From Azolla caroliniana (lineage: Eukaryota > Plantae > Polypodiophyta), in NCBI GenBank assembly GCA_043228905.1, contig JBHGNT010000012.1, positions 18,538,001 to 18,602,000 on the forward strand: 64,000 nucleotides of DNA, given 5' to 3'. How positions within the stretch are numbered: the first letter of the stretch is position 1; each line of letters starts with the position of its first letter. Below, piece by piece: positions 11,459 to 22,885 of the stretch. The position numbers were made by a program, and so were the translations under genes. The notes beneath the pieces were generated by a model. It ran no database searches and had not been told where the DNA came from. It was given only the letters and a program-made list of their open reading frames with translations.

Positions 11459-13295
11459 TTCGTGTAATTCGAGTTTTGCTATATATGGTGGCCACTTTTC
11501 CCCATTGTGATTTAATTTGTAAGATATTTCTGTGTGCCACATACCACATAGATTGGACAAAGGAAATAGTGGGCATCTTGAGAAGTCATCCACAAGATGC
11601 TGTGTTTTGTAATTTATTCAGCAAATCAAAGGATCCGAAAATGCGGTAAGCACTCTTCTTACTTGAGTAATTTTTGGGTTTCCTTGGGTTATTTGTGCTG
11701 GTTTTTTTATTATCTTGAGTGGGGCATTCTTAACACACATTTAATGATCCTTTACCAGGTTTTCATCAATATTGTAACTTTCGTCAATATGCCAGGATGC
11801 AAATCATATATGGACATGGTCTGCTCTTTCAACCACATCTAAATGCTAACAAGGGAAGCTAACCTATGATAAGTAGTTCATGTTGCGATGTAGAGGTTCT
11901 TCAGAAGAGAAAAGAAGGAAGATGAAAGTGCCTTGATAGGAAAAAGGTATGGTAATCGCTATTTAAAACACTTTTTTGAGAAGGGCACATTGATGGGTAT
12001 AGATAGCGCTATTCAATATACCTTTTTTGTCCCTAACTGATTGGTTATAGAGCACTGCTCTGGTTTTCAGAAGCATAGGCATAGTTGTAAGGTATGCTAT
12101 TGTTGTAATGCTTGTCTCAATGAAATTAGCTTTGGATATTAATGCATGGATAAGGATTCCTGATACTCAGACATTCCTATAGGGAGGATTCGTGTTGGAT
12201 ATAGAATGTGAGTGCATAGTTAACGATCATACCATGTATTTACGTATGGCTATGGTGGAGGCTCTCAAAATATGGTGGTTGATGATATCGTGTGACATGG
12301 TGAACTTCTGTGCAAGCAGAGTTTTTTGGCAGGTTTTGTGATATTGTTAATAATGGATTACTGACATAACATTTGTTCTGAAATCATATGTATTTTTGTG
12401 CTCTGCCTGAACATGGGGTGCCTTTTAATGGAAATCTGGTTTTTGATCCGAATCTTGAAGCCATTTTGGTCTGAAGGGTGCCTTGTTTGTCCTTGATGTT
12501 CCATGTTCTGTTTGAAAACGTGTTTCATGACTTGTTTGTTTATATAATAAGTTCAAAATTTGTACAGAATCTTACTTTGAGAATCAAAAGCAAGCATTCA
12601 AGATGACCACGTTTTCCATTAGGTATATTGGAGACATGTTGTCAGTATGCTAAATGAATTAACATATTGATCTAACTAACAATATCAATTGTCAGAACCA
12701 CCATGATATAAAACCCCAATGAAGTGTGAATGACTGAGATGGACAAGGGCACCATCATAGATTCAAGTTCCCACACAATAAGCATGCTAGTAGATGATGA
12801 TACCTTGTGTTTGAAGATCGAAACTTTTCAAGATATGCTTTGTTGAATGTGACTTTAGGTATCACAAGTGCTAGTTGTATATGTAATATATGTAAACTTC
12901 AAGCTTAAGATGAGTCTCTTATCATTCCCACATGCATGAAGCATGCATATGCAATGGCCTTTCTTTGGACACATCAATATAGTCTTTTCTTCACAGAAGT
13001 GACTTTGTATATCAAACAACCCTTGTGATGCTAAATGTGTTGGATCTATCTCCCTTATAAACTCAAAATATTATACTCACCCTACAATAGTATTGGCAAA
13101 AGATGTTTAGGCACTAGAGATGATCGTCACCTGAGTGATGGATGGACACATTAAGGCAATTATCTTAGCATGATTAAGAAGAGAACCTAAGCTACTACAT
13201 TAGTACATTTGAGTTTTAGAATGAATAGGCTTGACATGATTAAGAACACAACTTCTTGACAACAACCTAACTTTCATTGGTTGCATCCTCGTGTT

Positions 13296-16200
13296 GAGAA
13301 AGAAAGAAAGAAATATTAATGTCTTCTAAGGCCAAATTTGGCCCATGAGACAAATGGTTTATAAAAAATGGGATATTTACCCATTCATTGAAAGTAAAAA
13401 AATCAAAATAAGATAAAAAATAGTTCTAAAAAAAACATGTTCTACAATGAAAGAGATGTTATACTAGGCCTAATTTCATTTCCCTCCAAGTCTCTCGAAG
13501 AGACGCAGGAGGTCAAAGGGTTGCGACGTGGATGTGGCCCGTGCTCCCAATGTAAAAGGTACCCACCCCAACCATAGCTTCTAGTCGACGTAGCTCACGT
13601 TCCCTTATCTTCTTTTCTTAATCTTTTCTACTCCACGTTGACTTGTTTTGAAGCCCAACATCCTAGGGCGTTTCATTGTTCTTTATATTTCTTCTTCCTC
13701 AAGGGAGAGGTCGAGCAGCGTAAGTGTATCCACATTCATCGTCTCCCCTTGTTCCTAAAAAATTACACTAGTTACATGTTGATGAATAGTAAAAGGGTTA
13801 TGATTAACACTTTGTAATTTATTCTCCCTATGTTGTTTTAGTTCTAAGATATACCTACCTAGTCTTTTTACACTTGGGGTATCTAATAGTTTGGAGAGGG
13901 TGAGACAGGGTCCTAATATGTCTTGGTATTCCGCCCATATCTCGGCATAAATTGGGCACTTGCATGTGAAGTGATACTCATCCTCTATCTCTATGTGGCA
14001 TAACCTACATAGCCTTTCCTCTCTAGGGACTCTTTAGCTCGACCATTCTCCCATTCTCAATCTCAAGTTGGTGAGATGATATCCTAAGTTGTCCAATGGC
14101 CACCCTTAGTGCATTTAATAAGAATGTATCTAGATATCTTGGTCGTGTAATAAAACCTAACTTAGAGAAGTGCAAGAAGTGTTTCTTATAGTACCAACAT
14201 TTTAGATAGGAGTGGCTCTCGTGGGGTGATCCATTTATATCGAGTGTAAATTTGCCATATTTCTTGGCATATCACTTTATTACGGTCTTCCTGAGAGATT
14301 AGAGTGTGATCAGTCCCATGGTTGTACTTAAGGGGAGATAGGCTATTAATGTCTATGTTGTTTGCAAGTAACCAACTCACCACAAGGCTATACCTAGAGC
14401 TAATGTCTCCAGATGCATGTAGGGATCGGGATGCCTCAAAGGCTTGACGGGATATCCTATCTTGTGGTTGGCTATGTATCCCATGAATACAAACTACCAT
14501 TTGAAAGAGTGCTTCTACTAACATCGGGGGTAGACTAAACTCTTCTCTAATAATGTCATGTGGTACTGTCGATTTGCTTCGGAGTTGACGTGATAACATC
14601 GTCACCAAAGGTCTCTCTAATTGCGTCCACATGAAGGATGGTAGACCTAGAGCCCATACTACTGATGCACATGAGGGAAGGGGTCACTAATGAGTCGAAG
14701 AGCCATCCCTTAGTCCGTGGCTCTTGAAAGTATGCCTGGTGGCATTGTCTCTCTAAGAGTGAGAGGGATGCATACCCTCTAGGTAGCCTCTCTTTGGCTG
14801 CCTGGGTCATCGAGAATTTACCTGAGCGAGCACTAAAAGTGACTCCCAAGTATACATTTGATCCCATTACCTCAACTAGTTTATGAGAGAGGGTTAGGTG
14901 ACATTTACTCCTAACTCGGGACGATGTATGAAAGATAAGGACTTTAGTTTCACTAGATTCACTACTAGTCCTCGTTGTGTACAAAAGTCATCAGATAGGG
15001 CATTAAGATGCTTTTGTAGGTCGTGTTTCGATTGCGAGAGCAAGACAATGTCGTCTGCATAGAGTAAGAGACTAACTTGCGTATCCCCAATAATTACTCC
15101 CTTGCCTCCCTTTCGAGCAATAAAATCAGTGATCTCATCAATGTAGATCCCAAAAAGAGTCGGTGACAAGGGGCAACCCTGTTTTACACCAATGGTGCTA
15201 GTGAAACAATCAGATAGGCCACATGGGCATCTTATGCACCCAAAGACTTGCTCATATAAGGCATAAATGGCCCAGATCATGTCATTTGGTATCTCCAAGC
15301 TCTTAAGTCTATCAAACAACCTCTCCCTAGGAACTGTGTCAAAGGCTTTGCGGAAGTCCACAAAGCAACAATATAGTTTCTTCTTACGACCCTTCGTTTG
15401 GTCAATTAAGCACCTAAGTGTGAAGATATGGTGAATAGTGGAGAAGGTTCGTCTAAAGCCAGCCTGCTCAGGTACGCAAAGACTTAACGTTTCCATATAA
15501 TCGTTGAGCTCCGCCTTCATTACGGCACCATATAGTTTAGCGAGTGTATGACCTATCATAATGGTTCTATATGTATTTGGGTCCATTGGTTCCCCTCCTT
15601 TATGTATAGGGGCCACTGTGTTCATGGCCCATTGTGGTGGAAAACCCTCGGTGAGGGCACGGTTGAAGATTAGAGTGAGAAGGGGGGCTAGGCACTCTCG
15701 AGCATATATGATGTGCTTAGCTCGCAATCTTGTGTGGTCCATGGATTTCCTATGTTGTAACTTTTTTATGACCTTCGTGACCTTAGAGGTCGTGAAAAGT
15801 GTCCTCATGGTAGGTCGAGGTGTGGAAGGCATTGGAATGGGTGGTTGGTTCGGGACATGGTAGAGTCTCTCGATATATGTGTGCCAAATATTGGGATCCT
15901 CGATAAGTGTTTGTGGTCTCAGTTTCCGTAGTCTCTTTCATGCAAGGGCGTAGTCCTTACTCATGAATATATGGTAGAGTTCCCAATATTGAGATGCTTC
16001 CCAAGCTCGTCTTTTACGACGTGTCATCTTGCGCATCTCTTTGTGAGCTTGTACTGAGCAAATAGTACCACTAAGTCGCGACACCTTAAGTTGTCTATAC
16101 AACTCTCTACAATCCTCATCATACCACTTGTTCTATGGCATAGACCCTATTCTACTATGATTGGAACCTTTTGTGCATGGGAAACTACTAGTTGTTGCTG

Positions 16201-17630
16201 AGTGAAGGATGTGTGTGAGTTTTGTAGTGAGGTTCTCTAAAGGCAAGGAAGAATCAAAAGAGGAGAGATGGGCCTGTACATGTCGAGAGTAGATGTCAAC
16301 GAGCTCATGCGTGAAATGTATTATGGTGTGATGGGTTGGTTGACTAGAGTTGGTGGTGTGGGAGATGTCACATTTTAGCTCAAACTATAGGAAGTTATGG
16401 TCTGCACCAACGGGGCATGGGGCCACTCAGAAGGAGTTAACCATTTGGGTAGCTTCAAGGCGTCCTATTAGGTAATCAATCGTGCTTTCCCCTCCTCCAT
16501 GTGGGAAACATGTGAGCTCTTCCGAGCCCGGCCACTTGGCTAAGCCATTATATATGATCATCTGGTGTCGGCTTCCAAGTTCAAGCAGATGATGGCCAAA
16601 GCTTGTGGTGTCCGCACCTTGATCTTTTGATGTACATGTTATGCCTAAGGCTAAAGGGTCGACATTTACCATTTCTAAGTTTCTATCCATCTGAAATATT
16701 GTGCATTGTCGGGATTGGGGTTCTCGCATTAAAATCCCCTACAAGGAAGACTTCCCCTTGTAAAGAATATCGGATTATGTCATCCGATAAAGGTTCGTAT
16801 GGAGAAGGCCCATGTGGCGTTCCTTCATCAACTATACTCGCCTCTCCAGCCGTATTATACCGGGATCCTTTCGGGGGGAATTAACAAACGACGATAAATA
16901 TCACCTGATCCTTGCTAGTGAGGATTTTCACCCACATAAAACGGGATTTTGGGTCTTTCTTTAGTATTTCTATCCTATTATGTATCTCACTCCGAAATAA
17001 TATCGCAACCCCTCCAAACCCTCTAGTAGTGTGTTGACGTGATGTTTGTCTAAAGACAGATTCCCAACAAAAACCATCAACACGTGGCAGTCCTCGATTT
17101 GGACTCTGATGTGTTTCTACTAAAAAAAAAGTATATCAGATACCTTCAAAATGTCCTCTAGAAGGCTAGGGTGTGTCCAAAGTGCACCGTTACAATTCCA
17201 TAAGGTCATCCTAAGTTTATTGTCTGTCACATGGGCCACATGCCGTCAATTGGCGGCACGATCATTAATTATCACACGTCCGTCTCGGTAAAAAGCACGG
17301 TGCCCCTCTTTACGAGCTTGTATGACTCACGACATACAAGTTTTACGATGCTAAATTTGCATCTTGGTCAAGTCTTCATCGAGGTAGATAAGGTCCCCGT
17401 CCAATCCTCGAAGAATTGGTCTCTTTTTAAAAAAGGTGATCCTAGATTCTTGAGTCCTTTAAACTGAAGGACTAAAGAAGCACTTTTCCTAGTGGTGTCA
17501 CGTCCTACTCTCCAAGTTTTAGTGATTGGTAGGGCTTCGTACCCCAACATCTTCCCTAATGTTTGTGCATCTTCGTCGGGAGATGCCCCTTCCTTGAGCC
17601 CAGTAACTCTTATGTTTAAGCGTCGAGCTT
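13296..17630 (-). mobile_element. Near full-length LINE (family A): ORF1 C-terminus, APE endonuclease, RT, (TTTC)n tail; frameshifted
   Basis: ORF1-like RRLNIRVTGLKEG (17368-17856 ORF). APE motifs around 16400-17210 (GDFNAR-like, TCF..GGESTIDY, DH). RT 14894-15832 has GVKQGCPLSP and LLYADD. The 3' UTR matches the copy at 5694. Confidence 0.9.
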
Positions 17631-18345
17631 GATGCATTTCAATAATGCAGATATGCTCTTGAAACGCTGACCAATGCAGTGCAGGAGGTGATCCGAGTGT
17701 GCTAGGCACATTTGAATGTCTTGTGGAGTTACACGAGAAGTTCATTTGATTCTGTAAGAGAACATTTCTAAGTGAGCTTGCTAAACAACACAAAGAAAGT
17801 GAGCTGCAACCAAGAGTGATCTCTACAAATGAAGAAGGGCAAAAAAGGGATACCATTTTATTGAGATATAATCCTCCAAAGATTAAGATTATGATTTTGA
17901 GCGTAACTAAAAGTAGTACAGCTGATCGTCATGCGTTTTCTCCAGCCTTGATCAATGAGATGTGTGCATCACTGACAACCTAACACAGGGAAATTTAGTG
18001 TTTAGGGTAGATTAAAACGTACCAATTAATACATCAATATATAATCATCAAATAATATAGGCACCATACTGATGATTATATAATATATTAGGTTTTAATT
18101 TACCCTAAACCTACCATCCCATTCATCTATCCACATATAATCATCGATAGATAATATAGGCACCATGAAGAATTTGCATTACAATATTGGATCGTATCAC
18201 ATTTATATAATCGGAGTCGCTCCAGAAAAGATGTCATGGAAAAACATAGTATATATAATTGAGATCAGGAATACCAAAACTAGTGTGCATATGAAAAATG
18301 TGATTCTGATTGTTCAACTGGAAATGTTAGAACTTGGGGGAACAA

Positions 18346-18658
18346 GAAATTGTTATAGCCAATCAGGGATTCAAAAGATTTGACTACATGTAATGGAAAT
18401 TGTTATAGGCTTATAGCCAATCAGGGATTCAAAAGATTTGACTACATGTAATGGAAATTGTTATAGGCTTATAGCCAATCAGGGATTCAAAAGATTGACT
18501 ACATGTAATGGAAATTGTTATAGCCAATCAGGGATTCAAAAGATTTGACTACATGTAATGGAAATTGTTATAGCCAATCAGGGATTCAAAAGATTGACTA
18601 CATGTAATGGAAATTGTTATAGCCAATCAGGGATTCAAAAGATTGACTACATGTAATG
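18346..18658. repeat. Minisatellite, six near-identical 49-58 bp units, just downstream of the PAR1 stop
   Basis: gaaattgttata(ggcttata)gccaatcagggattcaaaagat(t)tgactacatgtaatg repeated six times. Confidence 0.95.
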
Positions 18659-18709
18659 GCAAACAGTGGATGATGATAAATGATGAGGTATCATAATATG
18701 TTTGTTTGT

Positions 18710-19020
18710 TTAAAGATTAGGGGAAGGGGCAGAGGAGTCCAAAGATGAGGTAGTAAAGGGTGGCATGGCAGAACTAGTGTCGAAATGGCCACCGCGGACA
18801 TCGGATGACAATGATGCCAAGATTGATACCTCGCCCATCTCTCTGCGCCGGCCATCGGATCCACCATGCCCATCTACACACAACTCTGCCAAGGATACTC
18901 CTGTTTCATCATGAACACCAGTCACATCATACACATCCTCAAGGTTTAGGGTTTAGGGTTTTTGGAACTCGCGGATACATCATTTTGGATTCAGCTAAAA
19001 CTAGTAATGCCAAACACATG

Positions 19021-19053
<33 letters not shown>

Positions 19054-19422
19054 ATGGATGTAATGGCTTCATGCAAACAGTTAAGGCCTAGCATATCATG
19101 GGATCCTGCAGCTAATTAAGTGTAGGTGCAATATGCAGATATTAGGGTTTCACTCAGGGATACATCATTTTGGATTCAGCTAAAACTAGTAATGCCAAAC
19201 ACATGTATATGTGTGTGGGTATGGATGTAATGGCTTCATGCAAATAGTTAAGGCCTAGCATATCATGGGATCCTGCAGCTAGTTAAGTGTAGGGTGCAAT
19301 ATGCAGATATTAGGGTTTCACTCAGGGATACATCATTTTGGAATCAGTTAATGCTAGTAATGCCAGCTAATACTAGTAATACATCATTTTGGAATCAGAT
19401 AATACTAGTAATACATGTATAT

Positions 19423-19459
<37 letters not shown>

Positions 19460-21711
19460 CATGTAATGACTTCATGCAAACAGTTAAAGCCTAGCATATC
19501 ATGGCATCCTGCAGCTACTTAAGTGTAGGTGCAATATGCAGATATTAGGGTTTAGTGTTTAGTTTTAGGGATTAGGGTGTTAGGTGCAATACGCAGATAT
19601 TAGGGTTTAGGGTAGTGCTCTAATGAAGCTTGGAGATATCAATGGACATGGCCATGTCTGACCTTCATCCGAGGCAATGTTGGAGAAGAGATCGATCAAA
19701 TTGGGGCAATTGTTCCGGCAGCTAGGGGAGCAGATGGTTCGTGCCGAGCCCTGCTCCGCCAACGCGTCCGACGACATGCCCACGGACATGCGGTCCTGTC
19801 CACACCAGCGCACGCAGTGCTCCGACTCAACCCACTCGGCCACATCCCGGGCCGCAGTCACCGTAGATGTCTGGGCCATATTTCGATCGGAATGATTTAA
19901 TCATCAATATGGCGATCCGCAGAGATTATAATGCACATTATCTACTCTTAAGCAATTTATATAGTGATGATGCTAGTCACAAATCCTCTTCATTATTAAT
20001 AGTATCATCACTATAATTGCTAAGAGAGATCTGCTGGAGGGTTTAGGGTTTAGTATCATCATTATAAGAGAGAGCTGCTGGAGGGTTTAGGGTTTAGGGT
20101 TTAGTATCATAATTATAAGAGACAGCAGCTGGAGGGTTTAGGGTTTAGGGTTTAGTATCATCCTTATAAGAGAGAGCAGCTGGAGGTTTAGGGTTTAGTA
20201 TCATCATTATAAGAGAGAGCAGCTGGAGGTTTAGGGTTTAGTATCATCATTATAAGAGAGAGCAGCTGGAAGCTTTTAGGGTTTAGGGTTTAGTATCATC
20301 ATTATAAGAGAGAGTAGCTGGAGGATTATAAGGTTATATATTTAACTCATGATGGCATGCTGATCAGGTTTAGATGACTAATATCAAAATTTAATGCTCG
20401 AAATCAGATTTAGATGATTAATATCAAAATTTTAAGGCTCGTAATCGATCCATTGGATTCATTCATTCATTCAATCAATGATTCATTCATTCAGTCAGTC
20501 AGTCAGTCAGTCATTCATTCATTCAATCAATCAGTCATTCAATCATTCAATCATTCAATCAATCAATTAATCATTCATTCATTCAGGAGTAAGCAGTCTG
20601 GTTGGATCTAAGATGCGTTCTGTCTTTTTTGGGAGTGTTTCATGATTGGGATTTATAACTGTCAGTAACTAATCTATCGATCATATTAAACAGACCTGGC
20701 ACTCGAGCTCAACATGATATTGATCCCCGGGCCTGTGGCCTGCAATCTCTAACAAATCCCTTGCAATTGTAATCTTCTTCTCCAGTACACATCTCAACCC
20801 TGCTGTGGAGACCGCAAATGCGCACATATCTGTCGGTAGATCCTCACACAGAAGCTCACCTGGTGACCCATTCATAATAGCGTTGCATATATTTAGCATT
20901 TATGCTAATTAAAGGAATTAATTAATTATACACATGGATTGATTTAATTTTTTGCCTATACTTAAGTCGTAGGTCCAAACTAATGGGATGGATTCAATTT
21001 TAAAATAAAGTAATCAATCATCGATTACCGATTGATTGATTACTATTTATGTTTCTTGTACCAATTTCTAAAGCAGTCAATCATCGATTACCAATTGATT
21101 GATTACTATGTATTATTTTTCTTGTACCAAATTTCTAATGTAATCAATCAATGGATTACTGGTTGATTGATTACTAAGTACTATTTTTCATGTACCAAAT
21201 TTCTCAATGATTGGAAATGAGGAAAAGGAAAACGCAAGATTGGATGAAAGATTTTTTTAATGAACCGAATGATGATTATAGATTATGGATTACGGATTAC
21301 AGATTATAGATTATAGATTATAGATTATAGGTTATAGGTTATAGGTTATAGGTTATAGATTATAGATTATAGATTATAGATTATAGATTATAGATATAGA
21401 TTATAGATTATAGATTATAGATATAGATTATAGATTATACATCATACATTATACATTATAGGGCAGCAAATCAATTGATCAAGATGCTTATTGATTGAAA
21501 GAAACCGAAGAAAAACTTGAGATTAATTACTACAGAAAGGCGAATGAAACACGAATTTGATGGCAAGGTTAATTGTGTGACAGAGACGGAGATAAGGACA
21601 AGTATATTGATTACCGGATGCATTCGAGATGAAACTAGAGAGGAGGAGGAGGAGGAGGAGGATGCAGGTAATAGAGGAGGAGGAGAATGGGATGATCATA
21701 AGCGCGGCCAT
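18710..21711 (-). CDS. PAR1: PAR1 (photoassimilate-responsive)-family secreted Cys-rich protein; exons 21711-21615, 20859-20696, 19870-19663, 18900-18710
   Basis: Signal peptide exon followed by LCEDLPTDMCAFAVSTAGLRCVLEK, EWVESEHCVRWCGQDRMSVGMSSDAL, CSPSCRNNCPNLIDLFSNIASDEGVSLAELC. All three GT-AG introns are phase-consistent. Confidence 0.88.
18940..19612. repeat. ~150-250 bp tandem repeat with TTTAGGG and (GT)n, PAR1 intron 3
   Basis: gatacatcattttgga..ctagtaat..cttcatgcaaa.agttaa.gcctagcatatcatgg..taagtgtaggtgcaatatgcagatattagggttt, about 3 copies. Confidence 0.85.
20000..20325. repeat. ~41-50 bp minisatellite with embedded TTTAGGG, PAR1 intron 2
   Basis: agtatcatcattataagagagagcagctggagg(gtttagg)1-2gttt, about 7 copies. 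Confidence 0.9.
21275..21440. repeat. (GATTATA/GGTTATA)n heptamer satellite, PAR1 intron 1
   Basis: About 20 tandem 7-mers, directly visible. Confidence 0.95.
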
Positions 21712-21915
21712 AATTTGGGATGGATTAAAAGCAGGCGGAGCAGGAGAGCGGCTGCGTTATTTCAATACTCTGAGAGAGAGAGAGAGAGAAAGAGATAGCG
21801 ATGGCGATGGTGAGACTATGTTTGCAAAAGAGAAGAGATGGGATTACTGGTTGGGGACTCCATAAGTTCTTATATTCGTATTGGATTCATGAAGATTTCA
21901 CACACACACAGGGAC

Positions 21916-21948
<33 letters not shown>

Positions 21949-22095
21949 GAGGCAGAGAAACAGAGAAACAGAGAGACAGAGAAACAGAGAGACAGATGAG
22001 GAGGAGGAGATTTGGGTGGGAGGAGAAGATGAAGAAGCACAGACACAGACACAGAGACGAGTGGAATTTTTTTGTTTCAAAAAGTCGTTTGGAGA

Positions 22096-22138
22096 GGGGG
22101 GGGGGGGGTTAGGGTTAGGGTTAGGGTTAGGGTTAGGG
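22096..22138 (+). repeat. G13 run plus (TTAGGG)5 telomere-type array upstream of PAR1
   Basis: Directly visible in the sequence. Confidence 0.95.
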
Positions 22139-22254
22139 TTTAGAGTAGAGTAGATATAGATAAGAGTTGGATATGGTGTTATAGTACATAGTAGACTGTA
22201 GTAGAATGGTAGAGTGGAGCCAAGTATTAGATGTGTTGTATAATGTATTGTATT

Positions 22255-22885
22255 GTATTGTATGTAGCTCATTTTAGGGTTTAGGGTTTAGTATCTCCAT
22301 ATTTGTATGTAAGCTCATTTTACTACTAGGGTTTAGGGTTTAAGGTTTAATGTCTCCATATTTGTATGTAGCTCATTTTATTACTAGGGTTTAAGGGGTT
22401 TAGGGTTTAGTGTCTCCATATTTGTATGTAACCTCATTTTACTACTAGGGTTTAAGGGGTTTCGGGTTTAGTGTCTCCATATTTGTTTGTAACCTCATTT
22501 TACTACTAGAGTTTAAGGTGTTTAAGGGGTTTAGGGTTTAGTGTCTCCATATTTGTCTGTACCTCATTTTACTACTAGGCTTTAAGATGTTTAAGGGGTT
22601 TAGGGTTTAGTGTCTCCATATTTGTTTGTACCTCATTTTACTACTAGGGTTTAAGGTGTTTAAAGGGTTTAGGGTTTAGTGTCTCCATATTTGTATGTAA
22701 CCTCATTTTACTACTAGGGTTTAGGGGTTTTAAGGGGTTTAGGGTTTACTGTCTCCATATTTGCATGTAAGCTCATTTTACTGCTAGGATTTAGGGGGTT
22801 TAGGGTTTAGTGTCTCCATATTTGTATGTAACCTCATTGTACTACTAGGGTTTAGGATTTAGGGTTTAAGGTATTTAAGGGGTTA
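22255..22885. repeat. ~55-70 bp minisatellite with degenerate TTTAGGG, about 10 units
   Basis: ctcattttactactagggtttaaggggtttagggtttagtgtctccatatttgtatgtaa repeated; further copies at ~23060 and ~23340. Confidence 0.92.

Noticed and set aside
18346-18658. CRISPR-like array
   Set aside because: The units are contiguous with no unique spacers, there are no cas genes, and the context is eukaryotic. It is a minisatellite.
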